Source: Octopus bimaculoides (lineage: Eukaryota). Taken from it: 38,691 bases of DNA. How positions within the stretch are numbered: the stretch's first letter is position 1; every line of letters starts with the position of its first letter. The DNA is taken from positions 85,819,956-85,858,646 of the forward strand of contig NC_068986.1 in the NCBI RefSeq assembly GCF_001194135.2, given 5' to 3'. Shown here one piece after another: positions 23,108-33,865 of the stretch. Below the pieces are notes generated by a model. That model worked only from the letters and a program-made list of their open reading frames with translations. It did not search any database and was not told the origin of the DNA. The position numbers and the translations under genes were made by a program.

Positions 23108-23190
<83 letters not shown>
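23018..23190 (+). repeat. Dispersed-repeat tail (matches 14115-14190) followed by (ATT)n
   Basis: Sequence match plus an ~100 bp (ATT)n array. Confidence 0.8.
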
Positions 23191-23193
<3 letters not shown>

Positions 23194-23220
23194 GTATATA
23201 TATATATATATATATATGTA

Positions 23221-23650
23221 CCTTCAATGGTTTTATTCAAACAAATTGACTCGGGGACTTATTTTTTAAGCCCAGTAATTATTCAATCGGTTTTCTTGAC
23301 GAACGGCTTTGCTAGGGAGACGTAAAGCCACCAACACCAGTTATCAAGTAGTGATGAGGGTCTCAGACACATACAAAAAGACACACTCACATAGATATAT
23401 AATAGATATATAAGAGATATATACATATACACACACGAACATGCACACACACACTCACACTCACGCTCACACTCACACATATATATACATATATACGACG
23501 GGATCTTTTCAGTTCCCGTCTACAACTCCATTCACAAGGCTTTGGTTAGCCTGAGGCTATATTAGAAGACTCTTGCCGAAGATGCCACGCAATGGGATGA
23601 ACCCAGCACTATATGGCTCGGAATCAAGATTCTTACTACACAGCCGCGCC
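23221..23650 (-). mobile_element. Family A SINE, near full length, with internal microsatellite
   Basis: Reverse complement begins GGCGCGGCTGTGTAGTAAGAATCTTGATTCCGAGCCATATAGTGCTGGGTTCATCCCATTGCGTGGCATCTTCGGCAAGAGTCTTCTAATATAGCCTCAGGCTAACCAAAGCCTTGTGAATGGAGTTGTAGACGGGAACTGAAAAG. GCGTGGCATCTTCGGCAAG resembles the CORE-SINE motif (ACCTTGGGCAAG). Confidence 0.85.
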
Positions 23651-24011
23651 TTAATATGCATGTGTGTGTGTGTGTGTGTGTGTGTCGCTGACATGTTGTA
23701 TGTAATGCCACCCTTATATCTGCTGTTATATATAATATCATTATATTTGTCATGTATAATTTATAATAAATCTTTGTTCGACGTTACATATGTTGATATT
23801 CCAGACATTGTTACATAACTTTTGTTTAAAAAGAGATAAAATCTCAACCTCTTTTCTATCTTTTACAATACATGGGCCGTCCAACACTATTTTGTGGCTA
23901 TTTTTTTTATATTAACTTATTCTACTTTTTGGGATTTATGCTTTTATTTTCCGTCTCAAGATTTCAATTTATTGAGTGGAGGTTGCAATGTCGATCTTGG
24001 GTTGTTAATAT

Positions 24012-24372
24012 TTGTCTTTGTTAAGATTTAAATGGTCTTCTACCCTTGTTATATATATATATATACGCGTGTATATTTGTGTGGGTGCATGCACGCGTGT
24101 TTGTGTGTATGATGTGTNNNNNNNNNNNNNNNNNNNNNNNNNNNNNNNNNNNNNNNNNNNNNNNNNNNNNNNNNNNNNNNNNNNNNNNNNNNNNNNNNNN
24201 NNNNNNNNNNNNNNNNNNNNNNNNNNNNNNNNNNNNNNNNNNNNNNNNNNNNNNNNNNNNNNNNNNTTGTCTTTGTTAAGATTTAAATGGTCTTCTACCC
24301 TTGTTATATATATATATATACGCGTGTATATTTGTGTGGGTGCATGCACGCGTGTTTGTGTGTATGATGTGT
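24012..24372. repeat. Direct duplication (106 bp) across an N gap, probable contig-end overlap artefact
   Basis: 24012-24117 equals 24267-24372, separated only by Ns. Confidence 0.9.
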
Positions 24373-24929
24373 GTGTTCGTGTGTATTTGTAAGGATTAAT
24401 TTTTGTTTTAGCTAAGAAATATGATTGGTTGAGTGAAGAGTGGTGACTTGAGAAAGCAGATCGCAATATCTGTCTTCGTGTTAATTGAGCTTGTCATCGG
24501 ACTGAATATGTTGAAATAGACGCCAGTCATTTATTACGGTAAAAGGACAAATACGATGGAGTAAAGAGCGTCACCTACCCGCATGCTTCAGCGCATCACC
24601 TATCGCAGCAGCAGACATTCGATCGGTGCCCGGATGCAGTGGCGTCGGCTAATTTCATTCATAATGTAATTCTGTAATATAAGACGTACACAGCCATGAT
24701 TAATGTAATGGTCTGATCGCAGGAGAACCCCAGCGACATCAGATCCTATGAAATATAAATGAGATTATTAAGTATTATTATCATTATTTTTGACATTGTC
24801 ATTCAGTCTTACTGACATATTAATTTGGATCAAATCCTCTGTCGCTAATTATATAATAGAAATATTTGACGAAGGTCAAATGTCCGCGATGGTGTCGTTC
24901 CAACCGGTTATATTCGTTTGGAAAGTTCA

Positions 24930-24941
24930 GCCGCCATCTTG
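24930..24941 (-). promoter_or_regulatory. Perfect YY1/Pleiohomeotic consensus site (CAAGATGGCGGC on the minus strand)
   Basis: The + strand reads GCCGCCATCTTG. Motif match only, no functional evidence. Confidence 0.4.
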
Positions 24942-25989
24942 GTTAAAAAGAAGTAATCCAATAAACGAATCTTTGATGTTCGTTTTGACGTGATTCTTTT
25001 AGTAATAAAACAGTAAAGAGCAGTAAATTCAACATGGCAACGAACATTTAAACTCTAGAGATATGGATAGATATCATATGAACTGTAATCACGCAACTTC
25101 ATCTTTTTTTTTTTTTTTACTTGACACTTACTATAAATTAATCGTCTGCTGTTATAAATTAAAAAGCAGCCGATATGGAATCGTAGATAGCTGTTCTTCA
25201 ATTAGCAAGCAACTTCCTTTAAAAAACACTTTTTTTTTTAATTTTAGAAAGTAAAGTATAGAAAACTGTAAACAAGCCCAACTCTGTCTTTATCAAGAAT
25301 TGCTTTGTAAGATACTGATACTCCAAAATGTTCTTGTAATATTTTAAGCCTGTAAAAGCAAATGTATACGAGCGTCTGATAACTCAAAACTAAGACTTGA
25401 ATAGATGAATGTATATGTTGATTAATTTAATCAACATCGGTTTATTCTTATAACTATATCTTGAGTAAGCTTTATTTGTATGGTATTCACCATATTACAA
25501 GAATGTAAGTAAATCCAATCTGATACAAATTTAAAGTAATCTATACCATAACAGCTAGGGATATTTCAAATACAAAACCGTGATTAAACCCGTGATAAAC
25601 ATGAGCGGCATAAAAACTAAATTATTGCTAGAAATGAAGATAAAAAAATGAACAGAAAGTGCATAGCAAATTACAGCTAATTGAACTTTCGCAGACATAG
25701 GGAAGAATTTATGATTTCGTTCTACTATCATTGAATAATTGATAAGGGAATAGAACCTATTACATTTTGCTCACTGCACATGAACTTATCAAGTCGAGTA
25801 AAGACTGAATAATTTACCTTCTAAGCAATCATTATTAACAATTGTCTACATCTGCTTCGACTGTTTCCGACTGATATTCCAGCTACAAAGAACCAACGTT
25901 TTATTGGTTGCAGTTCACTGGGGTAATTAAATAAAAACATACACGATGTAGACATTACTGAGCTCATCTTTGAGTCAATGCTACGCTGA

Positions 25990-26095
25990 CAGGGGTGATT
26001 TAAAGTTAAAGAGCAATAAGGGCTTCTAATTTAAGCAAAAATTGATCTCGGCGGAATTTGAGCTCAGAACGTAATTAACCAGAACAAAATCGTAT
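25990..26095 (-). mobile_element. Old family C SINE fragment
   Basis: AAAATTGATCTCGGCGGAATTTGAGCTCAGAACGTA matches 27116-27156 (AAAATCGACCTCGG..GGAATTTGAACTAAGAACGTA). Confidence 0.6.
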
Positions 26096-26857
26096 AGGCA
26101 AGCAGCAATAAATTACAACATAAATCTTTTATAAAGTTCAAATGTTAAACTTTTTACCATAAACAGCTTTAAATTTGCACAAATTATTACTATTCATGCA
26201 GTTTTAAAAGAATTCTTTATAGGTATGTAATTCGTGCTTCGAGCATACACAATTGCATATGTTCATATGAGCTTTCTGAGTTACTTTGCACCAAACAGGA
26301 TTAACAAAGAATTATAGTATACATACTATGCGTCTAAATATCTCACAGCCCGTCACAAACAACGTTTTGGGTCTCTCCAAAAATTGAGTATTTATTTTGC
26401 AGTAGGTCCTCTATAAACTCACTGTCAAGAACTGAAGAACCTATGAAATTGAAAGTTGTACCCTGACGTCTTCTGGTATCTTTTGTGAAGGCTCGCACAA
26501 ATACCTGACATAGATATGTTCAACTATTCTTATGGTTCTCAGAAAGGAATCGATGATTTTAAAACATTTGGTATGACTTTGTATTCTAGTGGGAAAATCT
26601 GAGGTTTCTTCTCTATTTTTTCTACCTTTAATTTCCACGTTCTTATCGTCGAACGAAGCCAGATATAAATTTACATTAAAAAACAGTTTTCTCAAAAGCA
26701 TATTTCAAACTGGGAAATATATTTTCGAGAAGACAAATATAAAGTAACCTGTTTCCTTGTTATCACTTTTGAACGAGCTCCACCACACAATATAATACGA
26801 AATATCCATCGATTATCAAATATTCAGCGCTACAAAATATGCACTTGTACATTTAAT

Positions 26858-26858
26858 C

Positions 26859-26905
<47 letters not shown>

Positions 26906-26930
26906 CAACAATAACAACAACAACAACAGC

Positions 26931-26989
<59 letters not shown>

Positions 26990-27220
26990 GTAGAAGAATA
27001 AGGATAAGATAAGAATAAGCAAAAAACAACCAATTTCGTGGAGGGAGTAAGTCGATTACATCGATTCCAGCGCTCAACTGTTACTTATTTTATCAATCTC
27101 TAAAGGATGAAATGGCAAAATCGACCTCGGTGGGTGGAATTTGAACTAAGAACGTAAAGACGAACAGAATACTGCTAAGCAGTTTGGCCGATGTGCTAAA
27201 GAATCTGTCATGTTGCTAAT
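26858..27220 (-). mobile_element. Family C SINE (MetaSINE-like) with long (ATT)n tail
   Basis: Reverse complement: tRNA-like head ..TTAGCACATCGG..GCTTAGCAGTATTCTGTTCGTCTTTACGTTCTTAGTTCAAATTCC, then GAGGTCGATTTTGCCATTTCATCCTTTAGAGATTGATAAAATAAGTAACAG (Meta-domain-like). The tail is 26858-26990, (AAT)n on the + strand. Confidence 0.85.
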
Positions 27221-28024
27221 AATAATATTAATAAGTCTTTCTTTATTTGCCAAAGAAGAAAAGGCTGTGGAGAAATTTTAGGACAATACAGACACAAACG
27301 GAAGTGGAGTTTAAATCACAAAATAACTGAATTGTGTTAACAATTGACACAATAACAACAAAATCTTTTAACAATTTCCCCCTATAGTGGAAGGGACGAA
27401 AGGCTACTCTGGAAAAATAAAGGAACGATACAGTTCCCAATCCACTCTCCTCACTAGGATTAGCACAGCATGTGCTCTTCTCATCTCCTTATTCCTCAGT
27501 CCTCACTGTTTGTAGTCCTTTCATTCTCCTCCACCGTAAGACTTCTTTTGCAATAGGCACCAGTCTGAAGAAAATGATCTGCCCTACCCGACAAAACAAA
27601 AATGGCCTCATCATTTTAGCAAAGGATTCGGTCGATAGGGGGACACGTCCCACACATAACAGAAGGTACTCGACATAATTCCACAAGTCAGCAATGCTCC
27701 AGAACTGTTCTAGTGCGTGTAGGACGGTTTTGTCAGTGTGCACGCATCTTGGGTAGGCGTGGCTTACGTCAGTATCATATTTGAAAAATTCAACTTGAAC
27801 GGTCAATGCCTCTTGTCAGCCCAAAAACTCGGTGACATTATCCATGGATCATGACACGAAAGTACCCCGGAAGAGACCAGCTAGTTGATTTTCATCAATG
27901 CTCAAAGTTTGCGAGGACGTTGTCGCTGTTACCTGCCGCTATCTGTGTACAGAACGCTATGGTGCTGACTGCATCGAACGAATTACCTGACTGGCAGAAG
28001 GTTGTCTGCACCTGATGGCACTCA

Positions 28025-28170
28025 AGATAATAATGATCATCAAGATGGTTATGATGATGATCATCATGATGGTACTGATGATGATGGTAATAATGATGAT
28101 GATGATGACGATAACGATGACACAGACGATGACGATGATGACGACGACAACGACGAAGATGATGATGATC
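28025..28170. repeat. (GAT)n/(GAC)n trinucleotide repeat
   Basis: Direct inspection. Confidence 0.9.
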
Positions 28171-28574
28171 GGGAGAGTAGGCCCTATTGTCTGGTCAAAT
28201 GTGAACTGATGCAAGGTACGACTGTCAGTGGTAATACATAATAGATGTAACGTATGCATTCGCCACCTCTGCCCGTCATTTCAGAGATAGTATTCTTTCA
28301 GCCCATTTACAAGTAAGATTGGCCGACATGTTCGTCATCTCATATCAATACTTCTCAATCTAGAGATCTGGACCAAACCAAACCAAATCTCGGGGAATTT
28401 AACTGGTCAGTCCAACTAGCTTTTCACAGCTTTACTGGGCAGGACGAACCTAACATGTTAGGCTCCGAGCCGCAGGCCCATTGATATTTCTTGATTAATT
28501 TTTGCTCTTGTCACTGCGCACCACCCAAGCCAGGTACTTTACTTATCTTAACTGTTACAAATTTAGTTGTTGCA

Positions 28575-28880
<306 letters not shown>

Positions 28881-29021
28881 CTTGTTACGTTATTGTTAGG
28901 CAAATTCTCCGACCCAGCTTCATATTAGGGTCACAGTTGAGAGCTAAAGGTTGCGAGAGGTCAGAAATGATGAGATGCGATTAGGAAAGTAGATAAATGG
29001 TCACACAGACACAGACAAAAA

Positions 29022-29023
<2 letters not shown>

Positions 29024-29052
<29 letters not shown>

Positions 29053-29054
29053 AA
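29024..29054. repeat. (TAAA)n microsatellite
   Basis: Direct inspection. Confidence 0.9.
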
Positions 29055-29152
29055 TGAAACAAAAATTGAATGACATTGTGAAAGAAGAGAATAAGTAGAA
29101 AAGGAGAGAAGGAGAACGATCCATTGACACGCAGGGATTAGAGACTAATGCT

Positions 29153-29166
29153 GTTTCCATGACAAC
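29153..29166. promoter_or_regulatory. RFX X-box-like palindrome GTTTCCATGACAAC
   Basis: Fits the X-box consensus GTHNYYATRRNAAC exactly. Motif match only. Confidence 0.35.
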
Positions 29167-29291
29167 GTCTCATGTTTGACCATCGCTGTGGAAGCAGATC
29201 GTTTGCTATCAGAAATGAATATGATAGATCGCTCCCACAACTCCTACATCCGCCATTACTCCCCTGCTTATTTCCTCTTCCGCCAACCCTT

Positions 29292-29292
<1 letters not shown>

Positions 29293-29361
<69 letters not shown>

Positions 29362-29426
29362 TGTCTTCTTCTTCTTCTTCTTCTTCTTCTTCTTCTTCTT
29401 CTTCTTCTTCTTCTTCTTCTTCTTCT

Positions 29427-29460
<34 letters not shown>
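29293..29460. repeat. (CAT)n followed by (TCT)n
   Basis: Direct inspection. Confidence 0.95.
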
Positions 29461-29461
<1 letters not shown>

Positions 29462-29604
29462 GAAAGTTTCATTAATTTTTTTTTTCTCTTTTCCTTTGTT
29501 TATGTTATTTCTCATATTTTGTTACTCGTCCTTCATTTAATCTCACACTGTATCGTCCCGTAGCGTTCTTAATCATTTTCGTCAATCCCTGCAATTAATA
29601 ACAA

Positions 29605-29790
29605 AAGTGCGTCGGAAAAAAAAAAAACTACTCAGCGGGATTTCATACAGCTCTTTACTTTCTTGGTTCAAATCTTGCCAAGGTCAATTACACCTTTGAT
29701 CTTTTGGGGATTGTGAACATTGGAGTCAGTGTAATCGTCTATTCTCCTCCCACAAAACTGCTGGTATTGCGCCAAAATTTCAAACAATCG
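29605..29790 (+). mobile_element. Degenerate family C SINE
   Basis: TACTCAGCGGGATTTC..TCTTTACTTTCTTGGTTCAAATCTTGCCAAGGTCAATTACACCTTTGATCTTTTGGGG..GTGTAATCGTCT..GCGCCAAAATTTCAAACAAT is colinear with 30304-30511. Confidence 0.7.
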
Positions 29791-30224
29791 GGTCAAGTCC
29801 TCATCGACTTCTGTTCTCTTAGGTTCTATTTGGAAATGACAATGAAAAGAAAGAGGGAATTGTTACCTTCAAGTAAATTTGTAAAAGGATGAGTGACTGT
29901 GGCGAAAATAGGGCGAGTGGCCCCTTTCTAAGATTGCTCCTGTAGGTTGGAGAGGAACAAAAAGAAAAGAGCTAGTGTCTTTGGTGGTCAGGTTAACCGT
30001 GAATCAGTGTTGTTCCTTGATTGGGCCTAGTTGGTATTTCTCCTGTACCAGGAAGACTACATCATTCATTTTATCACATACTTTGTATGCTATCTATACT
30101 TTTATCGCATTTCACCGCCCTTTCCATTTCTTCCTCCTCGTCCTTTATGTAAATTACGGCGCAAATTGTTGTCTGTCCTTGGACGTACCCCAATCTATGC
30201 GCACCTGTGGGTAATGAAGGTTGA

Positions 30225-30226
<2 letters not shown>

Positions 30227-30284
<58 letters not shown>

Positions 30285-30302
30285 TACTATTATTATTATC
30301 AT
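30227..30302. repeat. (ATT)n microsatellite
   Basis: Direct inspection. Confidence 0.95.
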
Positions 30303-30303
30303 T

Positions 30304-30575
30304 AAGGCGGTGACTTGGAAAATAGTTAGTACACCAGATGCTCAGCGGCATTTCGTCCGTCTTGACGTTCTGATTTCAAATGCCACCTAGGTCGACTTTG
30401 GCTTTCATTCTTTTGGGGTCGAAAAAATAAGAACCAGTCAAGCACTGAGGTTTATCTGAACGGCTTACACCCACCCGCGAAATTATTAGCGTTGTGCCAA
30501 ACTTTGAAATCATTATTATCATTATGATTCAGGCGGCGGGCTGGCAGAATCGCTAGTACGCCGGGCGAAATGCAG
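30304..30575 (+). mobile_element. Family C SINE (30304-30530) followed by a second, 3'-truncated head (30531-30575)
   Basis: AAGGCGGTGACTTGGAAAATAGTTAGTACACC..GTTCTGATTTCAAATGCC..GTCGACTTTGGCTTTCATTCTTTTGGGGTCGAAAAAATAAGAACCAG..GTGCCAAACTTTGAAATC(ATT)n, then AGGCGGCGGGCTGGCAGAATCGCTAGTACGCCGGGCGAAATGC. Confidence 0.85.
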
Positions 30576-31255
30576 ATTACTGAGGCCACACACATAGTAG
30601 TGGACAGAGCAAACATCAACAGAAAACATGAATGAAACAATAACACCCCCCCCACACACACACACAGTCACTCACTCACACATACACACTCACACACACG
30701 TACACATACACTCACAAAACACATACTAAAAACATATGCACTGCTACACACGCACATGCAGACACAGGCACACATGTTGCGGAATATGTGTATTTTTCTG
30801 CAGAAGTTGTAAAGGACATAAGAAATTCCAGAATATTCTCCTTGAGTGATTTTCACTGCGATATATATAATCTACCTATTTAATGTTGCCGCAGTTGTAC
30901 ATGCAGTGATCAAATATTTGGCCTATTTGAAACCAACGACGTTTTGCCTTTATTATTTGTGATACGTATTAAATATGGTCACAAACGACTGTCTCATAGC
31001 ACCTGCAGAGTGTGTTATCAGTGTCAAAATGAATTGCAGACTTCATCTTAACCTGATGTGAAATTAAAAGCCAAAATGGATATAGGTAAATACACATAAC
31101 AGCATCTTCGGATTCGTTGCGTTGCATTAATTGTACCGGCTCTTGATGTTCACTGTTCAAATCTCGCTGAAGCTCCCGTACCGTTTATCCTTTCGTTTAT
31201 GATGAAGTACCAGTTCCCTAATAAGGTTCCTTCTTTTTGTCTTCTATTCTTTCAG

Positions 31256-31341
31256 TCTTCTATCACTTCTTCCTGGAAGATATTGACTGCGGTCAAACCT
31301 ATTGGAGATCATGCTTTGTCCTGTTTAAACGAATGTCCAAG
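31256..31341 (+). CDS. Candidate 86-nt internal exon of an unidentified host gene
   Basis: Branch-point-like CCCTAAT (31216-31222), a ~28-nt pyrimidine tract ending TTTCAG, and donor CAAG|GTACGT. Two frames are open: xFYHFFLEDIDCGQTYWRSCFVLFKRMSK and SSITSSWKILTAVKPIGDHALSCLNECP. No homology recognised. Confidence 0.55.
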
Positions 31342-31908
31342 GTACGTTTAATGTCACACTGGCGCCCCAACGGTTCAGTCAGTAGTTACGGACTAATAGT
31401 ATAGATATGGCAATAAGATTCATGAGGATGTTAGTCATTGTGTAGGCAAAGAACGATACCCTATAATAGTACAGGATGTAGATAATAAAATCGAGAATGA
31501 GCCTGACAAGGATTAAAGAGAAATAACGAAAAAGATGTATCACCATTAATACTAACATGGTGGAATATCGGGGAAAAATTGAAGGCGATAAAATATTAAA
31601 AAAATAGACAAGGGCAAAACGTAGGGGCAGAAGCAGCAGCAGGAGTAATAGCAATGACAAAACAACAACGACAGCAGCATTTCCAACAATAGCAATAACA
31701 AGAATATGTGTAACAATAAAGAGGCAACAAAAGAGAAATATTCAATTGCGATGCTAAGAACTAAATCAACATCACTCTTCATATTGCCGACAGTGTCACG
31801 TACATGGTGTCATACTACAAACTGACATCTCCTGTGCATGCGTGCATGTTTCTCTATACTACTGTGTGTTTGTATGTGTATGGTATCTGAAAAGAGCCAT
31901 GTATATAT

Positions 31909-31949
<41 letters not shown>

Positions 31950-32064
31950 TGCACATACATACGTATATATATATGTGTATGTATATATACATATATATAT
32001 AAATATACATACTACATACAATCATATATAAAACTTAAATAAGATCGTACGTATATATACATAC

Positions 32065-32250
32065 GACAGAGCATTGGCAGAAGATTTAGTGTATCGGAAA
32101 AAAAAAAAAAAACTTGCATTTTACATCGTGTGTTCAAATGCCACCAAGGTCAATCTTCTTTACATTATCTTGGACAGGATAAGCATAGATAGCAGTAATA
32201 TACTGGTGTCGATGTAATTGATCATAACACTTCCCTCAAAATTACTGGAC
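32065..32250 (+). mobile_element. Old family C SINE
   Basis: TTGGCAGAAGATTTAGTGTATCGG(A)n..GTTCAAATGCCACCAAGGTCAATCTT..ACTGGTGTCGATGTAATTGA..CCCTCAAAATTACTGG. Confidence 0.6.
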
Positions 32251-33584
32251 ATATTTACATATTACTTATAGTTTTATCATCATCAGCTTAGTGAACCACT
32301 ATTCCAAACAGAAGCATTTCATGCTATCTCGAAGAGTTCACAGCTTCTTATGACATCAACAGGCAATATGCTTATATGCATATATACGCACACGCATATA
32401 TATATATATATATATATANNNNNNNNNNNNNNNNNNNNNNNNNNNNNNNNNNNNNNNNNNNNNNNNNNNNNNNNNNNNNNNNNNNNNNNNNNNNNNNNNN
32501 NNNNNNNNNNNNNNNNNNNNNNNNNNNNNNNNNNNNNNNNNNNNNNNNNNNNNNNNNNNNNNNNNNNNNNNNNNNNNNNNNNNNNNNNNNNNNNNNNNNN
32601 NNNNNNNNNNNNNNNNNNNNNNNNNNNNNNNNNNNNNNNNNNNNNNNNNNNNNNNNNNNNNNNNNNNNNNNNNNNNNNNNNNNNNNNNNNNNNNNNNNNN
32701 NNNNNNNNNNNNNNNNNNNNNNNNNNNNNNNNNNNNNNNNNNNNNNNNNNNNNNNNNNNNNNNNNNNNNNNNNNNNNNNNNNNNNNNNNNNNNNNNNNNN
32801 NNNNNNNNNNNNNNNNNNNNNNNNNNNNNNNNNNNNNNNNNNNNNNNNNNNNNNNATATATATATATATATAAACAATGTTATATATATGCGCAAATAAA
32901 TTGGAAAATTTATTTGTGATACAGTCCCAATATTCCCAATATTACACGATATTCTTAAATTTAAAAAGTCATTGATTTAAAAAAAAATCATTAAAACAGA
33001 TTTCCGTTTTCGTATGTACAATATAGGCGCTTTTCGCTGCTTTTGAAAGAGTCAAAATCTCAAAGAAAATTTGAAGCTAACGTTACGAAATCAGTACATC
33101 TTAAAGTAGTATGTTCACCATTTCAGTAAGTAGAAAAGTGAAATGGATAGAGTATGTTGTGTAGGTATCAGAATATCCTCCACTTCTGCACTTAGTACAA
33201 ACATAATTGACAAAAGATCAACATATATTTTCAGACAAAGCAAGTACACTAAGGTTTTTCGCTGTGTCAAGCGGGTGGAGCTTTTTTGATATATCAAAAG
33301 GAGTGACAATTCTCTTGAGTACGCTGGAAGTGAAAACAGACTTTGATAAATATATATTGTTATGTCTTAACGCTATTGCTATCTAGCACCTTCGGATGAT
33401 CTCTACTCAACCGCTACACAACTGCTACTCTACTTAGGAAATCCTACTTTGCCTGGGAGCATCGACACGAAATATATTAATTTAAAAGGGAAAATGAGGG
33501 TGGGTATCATCAATTATTCATAGAAATATTGTTAGACAAGATGCAGTATTATGGAGCGAAACTGGTGTGAGGTGGGCGTAGATA

Positions 33585-33652
33585 AGGTGCTCCAGCGTGG
33601 CCGCAGTCAAATGACTGAAACAAATAAAAGAATAAACGAATAAAAGAATAAG
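33585..33652 (+). mobile_element. Family A SINE 3' tail fragment
   Basis: AAGGTGCTCCAGCGTGGCCGCAGTCAAATGACTGAAACAAATAAAAGAATA. Confidence 0.85.
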
Positions 33653-33677
33653 CTATTAGCGTGGATCTGGGTGTATA

Positions 33678-33865
33678 TTCTCTTATTCTTTTATATGTTA
33701 CAGTTATTTGATTGTGGCTATGCTGGAGCACCACCTTGACCCTCGACTTATTTCATAAGCCTAGTACATATTCTATCGATCTCTTTTGTCGAACCGCTAT
33801 ATTACGGAAACGTAAACACACCAACACCGGTTATCAAGACGCTGAGACACACACACAGGTATATA
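33678..33865 (-). mobile_element. Family A SINE 3' half
   Basis: TGTGGCTATGCTGGAGCACCACCTTGA..CCTAGTACATATTCTATCGATCTCTTTTGTCGAACCGCTA..CGTAAACACACCAACACCGGTTATCAAG is colinear with 14220-14390. Confidence 0.85.

Noticed and set aside
24012-24372. Biological tandem duplication
   Set aside because: The identical copies sit exactly at the two contig ends of a gap, the usual unmerged-overlap artefact.
26500-26590. Minus-strand candidate exon (TTTTCCCACTAG..GTCAG|GTATTT)
   Set aside because: Weaker signals than the 31256 exon, opposite strand, and an unrecognisable peptide.
28285-28320. Possible micro-exon TTCTTTCAG|CCCATTTACAA|GTAAGA
   Set aside because: Short splice-like pairs are common by chance in AT-rich DNA, and no supporting evidence is available.
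28449-28462. 14-bp palindrome CCTAACATGTTAGG as a p53-type site
   Set aside because: It does not fit RRRCWWGYYY at the outer positions and has no second half-site.
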